Of a stretch of DNA of 13,231 nt, positions 1 through 8,211 are shown piece by piece; within the stretch, counting starts at the first letter, position 1, and each line of letters opens with the position of its first letter. Made by a program: the position numbers and the translations under genes. The stretch lies in IMG/VR virus record IMGVR_UViG_638341085_000008, positions 1 through 13,231 of that record. One strand, given 5' to 3'. Source of the stretch: a virus (Duplodnaviria; Heunggongvirae; Uroviricota; Caudoviricetes). The notes beneath the pieces are model-generated. The model did no database searches. It saw nothing but the letters and a program-made list of their open reading frames with translations, and was not told where the DNA came from.

Positions 1-34
1 CGTACTGCAGGGTTTTCGCACTTGCTGACATCAC

Positions 35-57
35 AGGGGCTCCGGCCCCTTCTTCTT
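35..57 (+). terminator. candidate intrinsic terminator or attenuator upstream of the chaperone gene
   Basis: GC-rich hairpin AGGGGC-TCCG-GCCCCT (35-50) followed by a T-rich but interrupted tract TCTTCTT (51-57). Confidence 0.25.
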
Positions 58-119
58 AATCTCCTTTAATATCCGTCACGTCCACCGCCAGACATACTGC
101 TCTGAATTTACAAAGGAGT

Positions 120-461
120 ATGATCATGTCACAGACCCAGTCCGATACTTTTACGCTGTCTTATCCTTTCACCACTGCTGCAGGTACCAGAATTGAACAG
201 ATTGAACTGAAACGCCTGACAGTAAAAGACCTGAAGCAGGTGCGCAAAATCAACAAAGACCCGGCAGACTGGGACGAACCACTGATTGCCCGTAGCACCG
301 GTATCCTCCCGGAAGACCTCGATAACATGGATCTTGCCGACTATATGGAGCTGCAGAAACGATTTCAGAAAATCACTGGGCTGGGCAAGAGCGACAAAAA
401 CACTGATGCAGGCGCAGGGCCTGCTGGCGAGATGGTTCAGGTTTCAGCCGGGGGAGATTGA
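120..461 (+). CDS. tail assembly chaperone (P2 gpE / lambda gpG-like)
   Basis: 113-codon ORF immediately upstream of the tape measure gene; AGGAG at 114-118 is better spaced for the in-frame ATG at 126 than for ATG 120; overlapped by a shifted-frame extension as in tail chaperone pairs. Confidence 0.7.
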   Translation: MIMSQTQSDTFTLSYPFTTAAGTRIEQIELKRLTVKDLKQVRKINKDPADWDEPLIARSTGILPEDLDNMDLADYMELQKRFQKITGLGKSDKNTDAGAGPAGEMVQVSAGGD

Positions 462-543
462 TGCCCTCGATACTGACGATCTGGAGATGTGGCTGGAGCA
501 GGCTGAAGAGCAAATCAAAAGCGAGTTCGGCGACAATCAGTAA
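448..543 (+). CDS. E'-like frameshift extension of the chaperone (fusion product about 140 aa)
   Basis: Frame +1 relative to the chaperone stays open to TAA 541-543; protein-like acidic sequence only from about 451 (GEIDALDTDDLEMWLEQAEEQIKSEFGDNQ); G5 run 450-454 lies two codons before the chaperone stop TGA 459-461. Confidence 0.45.
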   Translation, partial: PGEIDALDTDDLEMWLEQAEEQIKSEFGDNQ

Positions 544-557
544 CAACGTATCACTTA

Positions 558-578
558 ACAGCCGCCAGTCGCGGCTGT
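558..578 (+). other. stem-loop in the E'-T intergenic leader
   Basis: ACAGCCGC (558-565) pairs with GCGGCTGT (571-578), loop CAGTC; not followed directly by a T tract (T7 run is at 609-615). Confidence 0.3.
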
Positions 579-635
579 TCTGCATGGGGTTCAGACACTT
601 CCCTTCCGTTTTTTTGCTTTCAGAGGATAGCCACC

Positions 636-3101
636 GTGGCCAGTGAATTTTCAGTCGGCGTCATTATTGGCGGCATTGTCGGGAGCAGCTTCCGCTCAGC
701 CGTCAGTGGCACCCGACGCGCCCTTGATTCCCTTGGTGATACCTCCCGCCGTCTGCAGGAACGCCAGAATGCCTTAACCCGGGCAACAGAACGTTATGGT
801 CAACTGGGTTCTTCCCGGATGCAGCATCTCAACAGCGAGTTGCTGCGGGTAAGCCGCACCATGGAGCAAATTGAACGTCAGCAGCGCCGTCTGTCAGCAG
901 TATCAGCCACCGGTGATGCGTTGAAGGCTAACCGCCTGGCGCTCTATGGTCAGGGTGCAGAAACCTATGCTATTGGCAGAACGCTGGGCGCACCGGTCAT
1001 GGCCTCGGTTAAACAATATGCCTCGTTTGAATCACAGTTGCGGGATATCAGTGTCACAGGAGACCTGGATGCAAAACAGGAACGTGCAATTGGCCTGGCT
1101 ATCAGACAGGCCTCGCTGAAGGTTAACCAACTGCAGGAGTCTCTGTTAGGGGGAGTCGGACAATTAGTTGCTGATGGTATGGCCCCCGAACGGGCAGCAA
1201 CGTTTGCAGAGATGCTTGGAAAGACCGCTACAGCAACCAAAGCCGATATGACCGACCTTGCCAAAATGACTTATGCCTTCAGCGATGCACTCAGAATCAC
1301 TGATGCGAAAGAACTTGAACAGGCGTTTGGCATTGCGGCAACAGGAGCCAAACTTGGGTCATTTGAGCTGAAGGATATGGCAAAAGCATTACCCGGTATG
1401 GCGAAAGCCTTCGCTGCTCGTGGTATTTATGGAAAAGATGCGATTACCCAGATTGTTGCCAGTCTGGAGGTCGGTAAAGGTAGTGGCTCTGCAGAGGAAG
1501 CGGTCACCAATATGTCCAACTGGCTGGCAGCAATGGGCCGCGGAGATACCATCCAGAAATATGCTAAAGCCGGGGTGGATTACCAGGGGTCAATGCAGAA
1601 TTACGTCGCTCAGGGTTTTTCGCAGTACGAAGCTTCACTGATGATTGCCAACCGTTTTATCGACAGTAAAGGCAAAGCGTTTTTGCAGCAATGGAAAGCT
1701 GCAGGAGCAAGAGGCGATCAGGAAGGTCAGCAGAAACTCATGGAGTCATTTGGTCTGGCTGAGGTCTTTACCGATATTCAGACTGTCAACCATTTACTGT
1801 CAATGCGACAGGGCTGGGATAAATACCTTTCCAGTAAGCAGGAAATGAATGCTCCGGCTGCAATGTCTACCCTGGATAAGGATGCTGCAAAGCAGAATGA
1901 TACGCTTGAAGGTCGCTGGCGCAGAATGCAGATCGGCTTTAATGATTCTGCTATCAGCATCGGGCAATCCTTGCGTCCGGCTTTGCTCCAGTTGGGTGAA
2001 ACATTTATTCCTTTAATGGACAGCGTCGGCAAATGGATAGCGGCAAATCCGCAGCTCGTCAGCAGCACCATAAAGGTTGTGGGCGCATTACTCGCTTTCA
2101 GGATGGCCACTATCGGTCTCAAGTTTGGGCTGAATCTCCTTATTTCCCCCTTTGTAAGCGTCTGGAAAAATGCTGTTTTACTTCGGGCCAACTGGCTTCG
2201 TCTGATGCTCGCACTGGGGGAAGGCGGTAAACTCCGCTGGCTGGTGACAGGCTTTGGTGCCGTCGCCAGAGGAACCAGAACACTGGGGGGGGTGCTCTCA
2301 GGGGGGCTGGTTCGCGGAATTATGAGCGCCGGGCGTGCCGTTCTCTGGATTGGCCGGGCGCTGCTGATGAATCCCATCGGTCTCGTTATCACCGCCGTCG
2401 CGGCAGCAGCTTACCTTATCTACCGCAACTGGGGCGCTGTCAGTAGCTGGTTTAAACAGCGCTGGGCTGACATTCAGGAAGCCTTTAACGGCGGCATCGC
2501 GGGAATTGGTAAACTGCTGGTTAACTGGTCTCCGGCAGGTCTGCTTTATAAAGCCTTTGCGGCTGCGCTGAAATATCTCGGCGTTGATTTGCCGGCGAAA
2601 TTCACCGACTTCGGTGGTCATCTTATTGACGGGCTGATAAATGGCATCAGAAACAAATGGGCGTCACTGAAAACCAGCATAACCGGAATGGGTGACAGCA
2701 TCAGTGACTGGTTCAGCGAAAAGCTGGGCATCCATTCACCGAGTCGCGTGTTTATAGGCTTTGGTGACAATATCGCGCAGGGTGCCGCCATTGGCCTGCA
2801 ACGGACCACTCCGCTTGCTGCACTGGCCGGGCAGCGCCTGGCCGCTGAAATGACACCGGATGTTCCCCGTATCCCGTCGCCGGAAATCATGGCTGCCGGA
2901 TATTCAGGCCGTGGCGCAACTGCAACCGGCGGTGGAGCGTCTGGCGGTATCCAGGTCAGCTTTAATCCTCATTTTTTCCTCAATGGTAAGGAAACCGCAG
3001 CGCCTGCCGGGCTGGCTGGTGCCCTGAATATGAGCCTGCATGAGCTGGAAAAAATGCTGGAGCGTCTGCTGGCTCAGAAACAACGTAAGGAGTACAGCTG
3101 A
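636..3101 (+). CDS. tail tape measure protein (P2 gpT / Mu gp42-like)
   Basis: 821-aa ORF, GTG start with GAGGAT 7 nt upstream; position directly after the chaperone pair; Ala/Gly/Leu-rich with hydrophobic glycine-zipper-like stretches; stop overlaps next start (TGATG). Confidence 0.85.
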   Translation: MASEFSVGVIIGGIVGSSFRSAVSGTRRALDSLGDTSRRLQERQNALTRATERYGQLGSSRMQHLNSELLRVSRTMEQIERQQRRLSAVSATGDALKANRLALYGQGAETYAIGRTLGAPVMASVKQYASFESQLRDISVTGDLDAKQERAIGLAIRQASLKVNQLQESLLGGVGQLVADGMAPERAATFAEMLGKTATATKADMTDLAKMTYAFSDALRITDAKELEQAFGIAATGAKLGSFELKDMAKALPGMAKAFAARGIYGKDAITQIVASLEVGKGSGSAEEAVTNMSNWLAAMGRGDTIQKYAKAGVDYQGSMQNYVAQGFSQYEASLMIANRFIDSKGKAFLQQWKAAGARGDQEGQQKLMESFGLAEVFTDIQTVNHLLSMRQGWDKYLSSKQEMNAPAAMSTLDKDAAKQNDTLEGRWRRMQIGFNDSAISIGQSLRPALLQLGETFIPLMDSVGKWIAANPQLVSSTIKVVGALLAFRMATIGLKFGLNLLISPFVSVWKNAVLLRANWLRLMLALGEGGKLRWLVTGFGAVARGTRTLGGVLSGGLVRGIMSAGRAVLWIGRALLMNPIGLVITAVAAAAYLIYRNWGAVSSWFKQRWADIQEAFNGGIAGIGKLLVNWSPAGLLYKAFAAALKYLGVDLPAKFTDFGGHLIDGLINGIRNKWASLKTSITGMGDSISDWFSEKLGIHSPSRVFIGFGDNIAQGAAIGLQRTTPLAALAGQRLAAEMTPDVPRIPSPEIMAAGYSGRGATATGGGASGGIQVSFNPHFFLNGKETAAPAGLAGALNMSLHELEKMLERLLAQKQRKEYS

Positions 3102-3985
3102 TGTTTGCCGTACTGGGTGATATTGAGTTTGAACTGATTACCTACTGGGACGGCTTCGAGGCCACGTTTGGCGTCGATTATGCGGAGCATGCCCGCATCG
3201 AGGGTAAACCCGGCCTGCAGTTCGTCGGCGACAGGCTGGACGAAATCCAGATAAGCCTGGTCTTCCATCAGCATTATTGTGTGCCCGACGTGGAGCTGGC
3301 GAGAGTGCGAACAGCCATGAAGGCCCATCAGGCACTGGCGCTGGTCTTCGGCAACGGTGACTATCGCGGCTGGTTCGTGATTACCGATGTGACCGCAACC
3401 AGCGAGCAGACAGACAGCACCGGTAACGTGCTGGCTGTCAGTGCCACCGTGTCTCTCCGGGAATACACCGGTGACCCGAAAAATCCTCTGCAACCGCCGG
3501 CAATACGCAGGCAGGTTCCCGGTGCCGGGGCCATATCTGGTGCTGTTCCATCGCCTTCCGGGGTGGCGCAGTTCGTCCGTAACGGCGTCAACTATGCGAA
3601 ACAGGCGCAGTCTGTACTCCAGACCACCATCAGTGCCGTTCGGGTGGCGCAGAAAATGAAGGGTAACCCCGTTGTCGCGCTGACCCGTGTGCCGGGACTG
3701 ATGAGCGGACTGGGTAATATATCCGGCGCTCTGGGGAAAAGTATTCCGGCGTTTAATGTACTCTCTGAATCCATGCCCGATGCCATCAGTCTGGCCAGAA
3801 CAGCCAGTGAGGCAGCCACGTATGTACAGCAGGCGCAGTCGGCGCTGAGTGGTGTGGACAAAAGAAATATTGCAGGTGCTCTGGATACCGTTTCCGGGCA
3901 GCTTAACGCCGCCGGCACAGCATTCAACCGCATGTCTCCGGGATTAAGTGCAATGGCCGCCAGAATACTGACGAGGAGTGTGTGA
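3101..3985 (+). CDS. gpU-like tail protein with about 150-aa C-terminal Ala/Ser/Gly/Gln-rich extension
   Basis: N-terminal ~135 aa recognised as P2 gpU-type tail terminator fold; AAGGAG 3087-3092; start overlaps tape measure stop; 294 aa versus about 160 aa expected for a plain gpU. Confidence 0.65.
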   Translation: MFAVLGDIEFELITYWDGFEATFGVDYAEHARIEGKPGLQFVGDRLDEIQISLVFHQHYCVPDVELARVRTAMKAHQALALVFGNGDYRGWFVITDVTATSEQTDSTGNVLAVSATVSLREYTGDPKNPLQPPAIRRQVPGAGAISGAVPSPSGVAQFVRNGVNYAKQAQSVLQTTISAVRVAQKMKGNPVVALTRVPGLMSGLGNISGALGKSIPAFNVLSESMPDAISLARTASEAATYVQQAQSALSGVDKRNIAGALDTVSGQLNAAGTAFNRMSPGLSAMAARILTRSV

Positions 3986-4197
3986 TGTTTCTTGAACATA
4001 TTACCCGTGACGGAGAGCGCTGGGATTCGCTGGCATGGCAGTACTACGGTGACCCGCTGGGCTATCCCCGGATTATTGCAGCCAATCCGCACGTGGCCAT
4101 TACGCCAGTGCTGCCCTCCGGGTTGTTGTTACTGATCCCGGTTATTGAGGCTGAAGATGCCCGTACAGAAGAGGATATTGCCCCATGGCTGAGATAA
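3985..4197 (+). CDS. tail protein X-like (small LysM-like protein)
   Basis: 70-aa ORF with YYG...AANP...LP pattern recognised as P2 gpX family; GAGGAG 3973-3978 six nt before ATG 3985 (GTG 3982 is an alternative start); overlaps upstream stop TGATG. Confidence 0.65.
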   Translation: MFLEHITRDGERWDSLAWQYYGDPLGYPRIIAANPHVAITPVLPSGLLLLIPVIEAEDARTEEDIAPWLR

Positions 4198-5339
4198 ACA
4201 GTACTGCGCAAGCCACATCAGCGTTAACCGGCGTCAGCGATGTGCTGACGCCGGTATTCACTCTGTGGTATTTGCAGAAAAACATCACCTCTGATATCGC
4301 GCCTTATGTCACCCGTGTGGTCTGGAGCGATAACATCAAAAATGAGTCTGATACCATTGAGGTGGAGCTGGACGACACCGATGGCCGCTGGCTGGATAAG
4401 TGGTATCCGGGCAAGGGTGACACGCTGACGCTGAAAATGGGTTATCAGGGCGAGAAACTGCTGTCCTACGGTACATTCTCAATAGACGAGATCGAAGTGA
4501 GTTCGCCCGCGTCCGTTGTCGCTATCCGTGGGGTGGCCACCTCGGTTAACAGTGCTCTGCGGACTAAATCCAGCCGTGGTTTTGAGAACACCACGCTGGC
4601 AGCTGTTGCGGGTCGGATTGCCAGAAAGCACCGGCTGAAACTGGTGGGCAGCATTGAGTCCATCAGAATCGACCGGGTGACCCAGTATGCTGAAACCGAC
4701 GTGGGTTTTCTGCGCCGGCTGGCCAGCGAGTATGGTTATGCAGTGAAAGTGGTCAGTGACCAGTTGATTTTTTCTCATCTGGCCACATTGCGCAGTCAGG
4801 AGCCGGTCAGGCAGTTAAAACCGCAGGATGTGGCCCACTTTTCCCTGCGTGACACCATCAACCGGGTCTATAAATCTGCAAAGGTAAAACACCAGAAAAG
4901 CAGCAGTAAAAAACTGATCGTCTACGAAGCTGATGGTGGTACCCGTGAAAGCGACAAAAAGCTCAAAGGCGGTAAGGTTACCAGCGCTGACTCACTTAAA
5001 GTTAACAGCCGCGTCAGCGACCCGGACAGTGCCCGGATTAAAGCGGATTCAGCACTGGCCAGACATAACGAATACCAGCAGAACGGCTCCCTGACGCTGA
5101 CGGGAACGCCTCAACTGACAGCAGGCAACAAAATTGAACTGGTGGGCTTTGGACAATTATCCGGTCCATGGCTGATAATCACTGCCCGCCATGCGTTTGA
5201 GCGTAACAGCGGCTACACCACAGAGCTGGAAGTGGCACGGGGGCCAGTCACAAGAGGGAAAAAACAAAAAACTCAGAAACTCACGGTTTATCACCCGGAT
5301 GGCAGTACATCGACGGTGATTAAGGAGAAGAAAAAATGA
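4185..5339 (+). CDS. gpD-like tail/baseplate hub protein (phage late control D family)
   Basis: 384-aa ORF, size and position match P2 gpD / Mu P; start overlaps the gpX-like gene; stop overlaps next start (ATGA). Confidence 0.8.
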   Translation: MAEINSTAQATSALTGVSDVLTPVFTLWYLQKNITSDIAPYVTRVVWSDNIKNESDTIEVELDDTDGRWLDKWYPGKGDTLTLKMGYQGEKLLSYGTFSIDEIEVSSPASVVAIRGVATSVNSALRTKSSRGFENTTLAAVAGRIARKHRLKLVGSIESIRIDRVTQYAETDVGFLRRLASEYGYAVKVVSDQLIFSHLATLRSQEPVRQLKPQDVAHFSLRDTINRVYKSAKVKHQKSSSKKLIVYEADGGTRESDKKLKGGKVTSADSLKVNSRVSDPDSARIKADSALARHNEYQQNGSLTLTGTPQLTAGNKIELVGFGQLSGPWLIITARHAFERNSGYTTELEVARGPVTRGKKQKTQKLTVYHPDGSTSTVIKEKKK

Positions 5340-5848
5340 CTGGTGTCACCCGCCAGGTCGGTACGGTCAGTGCCGTTGATGCCGACAGGGTTCAGGCCCG
5401 CGTTCGTCTGCCTGAATGCGATAATCTGCGCACAAACTGGCTTAACGTGCTGCAGCGCAATACCCAGGATAACAAGGATTACTGGCTCCCTGACGTGGGG
5501 GAGCAGGTTGAGGTGCTGCTCGATGCCAACGGCGAGGATGGTGTTATTCTGGGCGCGGTGTACTCAGACGTCGATAAACCGCCGTTCGGTGATAAAAACG
5601 TCCGGGGCACGAAGTACGCTGATGGCGCGGAGTTCAGTTATGACCGCGCGACCCATACGCTGACGGTCAAAGGAGGTATCGAGCATGTGGTGATCGAGGT
5701 TGCAGTGGGTATTAGTCTGAAAGGGAAAACCATTGATTTGACAGCTGACACTATCATGGTGAACGGCAATCTTGAAATCAAAGGGAGTACCCATGCGACT
5801 GGTAACATATTTGCAGATGGACAGAATTCCAATCATCACTCTCACTAA
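5336..5848 (+). CDS. gpV-like baseplate spike protein
   Basis: 170-aa ORF after gpD; AAGGAG 5322-5327; recognised as P2 gpV / Mu gp45 type; C-terminal His cluster NSNHHSH. Confidence 0.8.
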   Translation: MTGVTRQVGTVSAVDADRVQARVRLPECDNLRTNWLNVLQRNTQDNKDYWLPDVGEQVEVLLDANGEDGVILGAVYSDVDKPPFGDKNVRGTKYADGAEFSYDRATHTLTVKGGIEHVVIEVAVGISLKGKTIDLTADTIMVNGNLEIKGSTHATGNIFADGQNSNHHSH

Positions 5849-5929
5849 TTTTTCAAGTATGTGACTCCATTTCCTCTCCCGCGGATATGATAGAATTTTT
5901 TAATTAACACTAATTTGGCGGGGACTTAA

Positions 5930-6649
5930 ATGCGGTTATCAAGATCCTTATGTAAAGTAGTTGGCGATGTCATTGCTAACTCAGGCTCTCATGCAGCTTT
6001 AGATACGTTATTTCTTACTTCGGGAGCACCAGGAAACCCTCCGGCAGGATCTCATAGTACAAAATGGAAAGACTGGTTATTTCTTGCAGGGCAAGATCCA
6101 GATACAGATAGTCTGGCAGTTCTGGGCGGAGTAATTGAGGAGTTTATGGATTTACCTCCAAAAGAAGGTACTCCCGAATATGCAGAATGGAAGGAAAAAC
6201 GAGACAGAATTGAAGCTGTGTTACAAGAGAATGGACTTAGATATTATCGTTTTGGTCGAGTGTTGCCTGAAGGCCACATCCCGTCACACAATATGGATTA
6301 CCCAGAGACCATAATTACTTATCAACAGCCAGTAATGCCAGAAAAAGTTGAGAACTTACTGGAAAGGCTGGTCAAAGGCTTACAGCGAGCAATGCATCCA
6401 CTTACTCATAGGCGAAAAGGAAGCCAGTCATTATCTTTTAGCAATGAATATGACGTGCAAGACCTTCTCCATGCATTGCTCAGACCATGGGTTCAGGACA
6501 TCCGCCCAGAAGAGTTTACTCCAAGTTACGCTGGTTCAAGTACTCGAATGGATTTTTTGTTACCTGCGCATAAATTAGTACTGGAAACCAAAATTGTTCG
6601 TGATCGTTCTCATGCAAAGAAAATCGGCGATGAACTTATTATCGATTAG
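5930..6649 (+). CDS. IS2-truncated cargo gene, 5' part (239 codons); restriction-endonuclease-like D-x10-E-x-K signature, function unknown
   Basis: ATG 5930 with GGGGA 5 nt upstream; low-GC sequence; motif D208 (6551-6553), E219 (6584-6586), K221 (6590-6592) in RMDFLL...LVLETKIV; reading frame ends in the TAG that is the first 3 nt of IS2. Confidence 0.7.
   Translation: MRLSRSLCKVVGDVIANSGSHAALDTLFLTSGAPGNPPAGSHSTKWKDWLFLAGQDPDTDSLAVLGGVIEEFMDLPPKEGTPEYAEWKEKRDRIEAVLQENGLRYYRFGRVLPEGHIPSHNMDYPETIITYQQPVMPEKVENLLERLVKGLQRAMHPLTHRRKGSQSLSFSNEYDVQDLLHALLRPWVQDIRPEEFTPSYAGSSTRMDFLLPAHKLVLETKIVRDRSHAKKIGDELIID
6642..6646. repeat. IS2 target site duplication, left copy (TCGAT)
   Basis: TCGAT directly flanks the IS2 left end; identical to 7978-7982. 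Confidence 0.9.
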
Positions 6650-6737
6650 ACTGGCCCCCTGAATCTCCAGACAACCAGTATCACTTAAATAAGTGATAGT
6701 CTTAATACTAGTTTTTAGACTAGTCATTGGAGAACAG

Positions 6738-7103
6738 ATGATTGATGTCTTAGGGCCGGAGAAACGCAGACGGCGTACCACACAGGAAAAGATCGCAATT
6801 GTTCAGCAGAGCTTTGAACCGGGGATGACGGTCTCCCTCGTTGCCCGGCAACATGGTGTAGCAGCCAGCCAGTTATTTCTCTGGCGTAAGCAATACCAGG
6901 AAGGAAGTCTTACTGCTGTCGCCGCCGGAGAACAGGTTGTTCCTGCCTCTGAACTTGCTGCCGCCATGAAGCAGATTAAAGAACTCCAGCGCCTGCTCGG
7001 CAAGAAAACGATGGAAAATGAACTCCTCAAAGAAGCCGTTGAATATGGACGGGCAAAAAAGTGGATAGCGCACGCGCCCTTATTGCCCGGGGATGGGGAG
7101 TAA
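6738..7103 (+). CDS. insC: IS2 OrfA (InsC) transposase regulatory/DNA-binding protein
   Basis: Sequence recognised as IS2 InsC ([24 protein letters not shown]...); ATG 6738 is the likely true start, the longer ORF from 6693 is an upstream extension. Confidence 0.95.
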
Positions 7104-7966
7104 GCTTAGTCAGCCGTTGTCTCCGGGTGTCGCGTGCGCAGTTGCACGTCATTCTCAGACGAACCGATGACTGGATGGATGGCCGCCGCAGTCGTCACAC
7201 TGATGATACGGATGTGCTTCTCCGTATACACCATGTTATCGGAGAGCTGCCCACGTATGGTTATCGTCGGGTATGGGCGCTGCTTCGCAGACAGGCAGAA
7301 CTTGATGGTATGCCTGCGATCAATGCCAAACGTGTTTACCGGATCATGCGCCAGAATGCGCTGTTGCTTGAGCGAAAACCTGCTGTACCGCCATCGAAAC
7401 GGGCACATACAGGCAGAGTGGCCGTGAAAGAAAGCAATCAGCGATGGTGCTCTGACGGGTTCGAGTTCTGCTGTGATAACGGAGAGAGACTGCGTGTCAC
7501 GTTCGCGCTGGACTGCTGTGATCGTGAGGCACTGCACTGGGCGGTGACTACCGGCGGCTTCAACAGTGAAACAGTACAGGACGTCATGCTGGGAGCGGTG
7601 GAACGCCGCTTCGGCAACGATCTTCCGTCGTCTCCAGTGGAGTGGCTGACGGATAATGGTTCATGCTACCGGGCTAATGAAACACGCCAGTTCGCCCGGA
7701 TGTTGGGACTTGAACCGAAGAACACGGCGGTGCGGAGTCCGGAGAGTAACGGAATAGCAGAGAGCTTCGTGAAAACGATAAAGCGTGACTACATCAGTAT
7801 CATGCCCAAACCAGACGGGTTAACGGCAGCAAAGAACCTTGCAGAGGCGTTCGAGCATTATAACGAATGGCATCCGCATAGTGCGCTGGGTTATCGCTCG
7901 CCACGGGAATATCTGCGGCAGCGGGCTTGTAATGGGTTAAGTGATAACAGATGTCTGGAAATATAG
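7061..7966 (+). CDS. insD: IS2 OrfB (InsD) transposase catalytic domain; full transposase made as InsCD by -1 frameshift
   Basis: Sequence recognised as IS2 InsD; sits in the -1 frame relative to insC; slippery A-AAA-AAG at 7055-7061. Confidence 0.95.
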
Positions 7967-7977
7967 GGGCAAATCCA

Positions 7978-7982
7978 TCGAT
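7978..7982. repeat. IS2 target site duplication, right copy (TCGAT)
   Basis: Identical to 6642-6646, directly flanks the IS2 right end. Confidence 0.9.
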
Positions 7983-8141
7983 ATAGAGCATTATCGTCGG
8001 CACTCTGATTGCAAAAATCTCTGGTGTGTCATCTACGATCCGAACCAGCTTATTACTAATTCTGAGGGGCTGAAATCTGATCTTGAGGGGAAGAGAGTTT
8101 CTAAAGACGGAGAACTTATCGTCAAGGTTTTCGTAATTTAA
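7983..8141 (+). pseudogene. 3' fragment (53 codons) of the IS2-disrupted cargo gene
   Basis: After removing IS2 plus one TCGAT copy this segment is in frame with 5930-6646, giving a 292-aa ORF ending TAA 8139-8141. Confidence 0.75.
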
Positions 8142-8195
8142 CAAACGTATCAATAACTCCTTTTTAAATCCCTTTAATATCGTTCTTTTCTTACT

Positions 8196-8211
8196 GGGGC
8201 AATACTGCCCC
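8196..8211 (+). promoter_or_regulatory. hairpin abutting the gpW-like start codon
   Basis: GGGGCA (8196-8201) pairs with TGCCCC (8206-8211), loop ATAC; ATG at 8213; no Shine-Dalgarno within 5-10 nt of the ATG. Confidence 0.35.

Larger units (their letters stand above)
6647..7977 (+). mobile_element. IS2 insertion sequence (IS3 family), complete
   Basis: Left end TAGACTGGCCCCCTGAATCTCC at 6647, right end ...GGAAATATAGGGGCAAATCCA ending 7977; length 1331 bp; encodes InsC and InsD; flanked by 5-bp direct repeat TCGAT. Confidence 0.95.

Noticed and set aside
1-119. Possible 3' end of an upstream tail tube gene
   Set aside because: Three frames end in stops within 1-69 but the fragment is too short to assign; only the hairpin is reported.
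609-616. TTTTTTTG tract resembling a P2-type -1 slippery heptamer
   Set aside because: It lies downstream of both the chaperone stop (461) and the E' stop (543), in the leader of the tape measure gene, so no upstream reading frame could shift on it.
458-646. -1 frame ORF (62 aa) overlapping the tape measure start, as an alternative E' candidate
   Set aside because: Trp/Arg/Cys-rich junk-like composition and an in-frame stop at 404-406 just upstream; the +1 frame is the one that looks like protein.
1778-2890. Minus-strand ORFs of 204, 107 and 90 aa inside the tape measure gene
   Set aside because: Antisense to a long, well-supported gene in GC-rich DNA, with no RBS and Pro/Arg/Ser-rich low-complexity translations; typical shadow ORFs.
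3074-4092. Several minus-strand and alternate-frame ORFs (3074-3493, 3361-3591, 3592-4092, 3441-3659)
   Set aside because: All lie antisense or out of frame within the gpU-like and gpX-like genes, which have coupled starts and recognisable products.
5849-5929. Possible promoter for the cargo gene (TATGAT at 5886-5891, TAGAAT at 5892-5897)
   Set aside because: No convincingly spaced -35 element; AT-rich DNA gives -10-like hexamers by chance, so not reported as a feature.
7106-7537. Minus-strand 143-aa ORF and plus-strand 97-aa ORF inside IS2
   Set aside because: IS2 coding content is well characterised as insC and insD only; these are out-of-frame artefacts.
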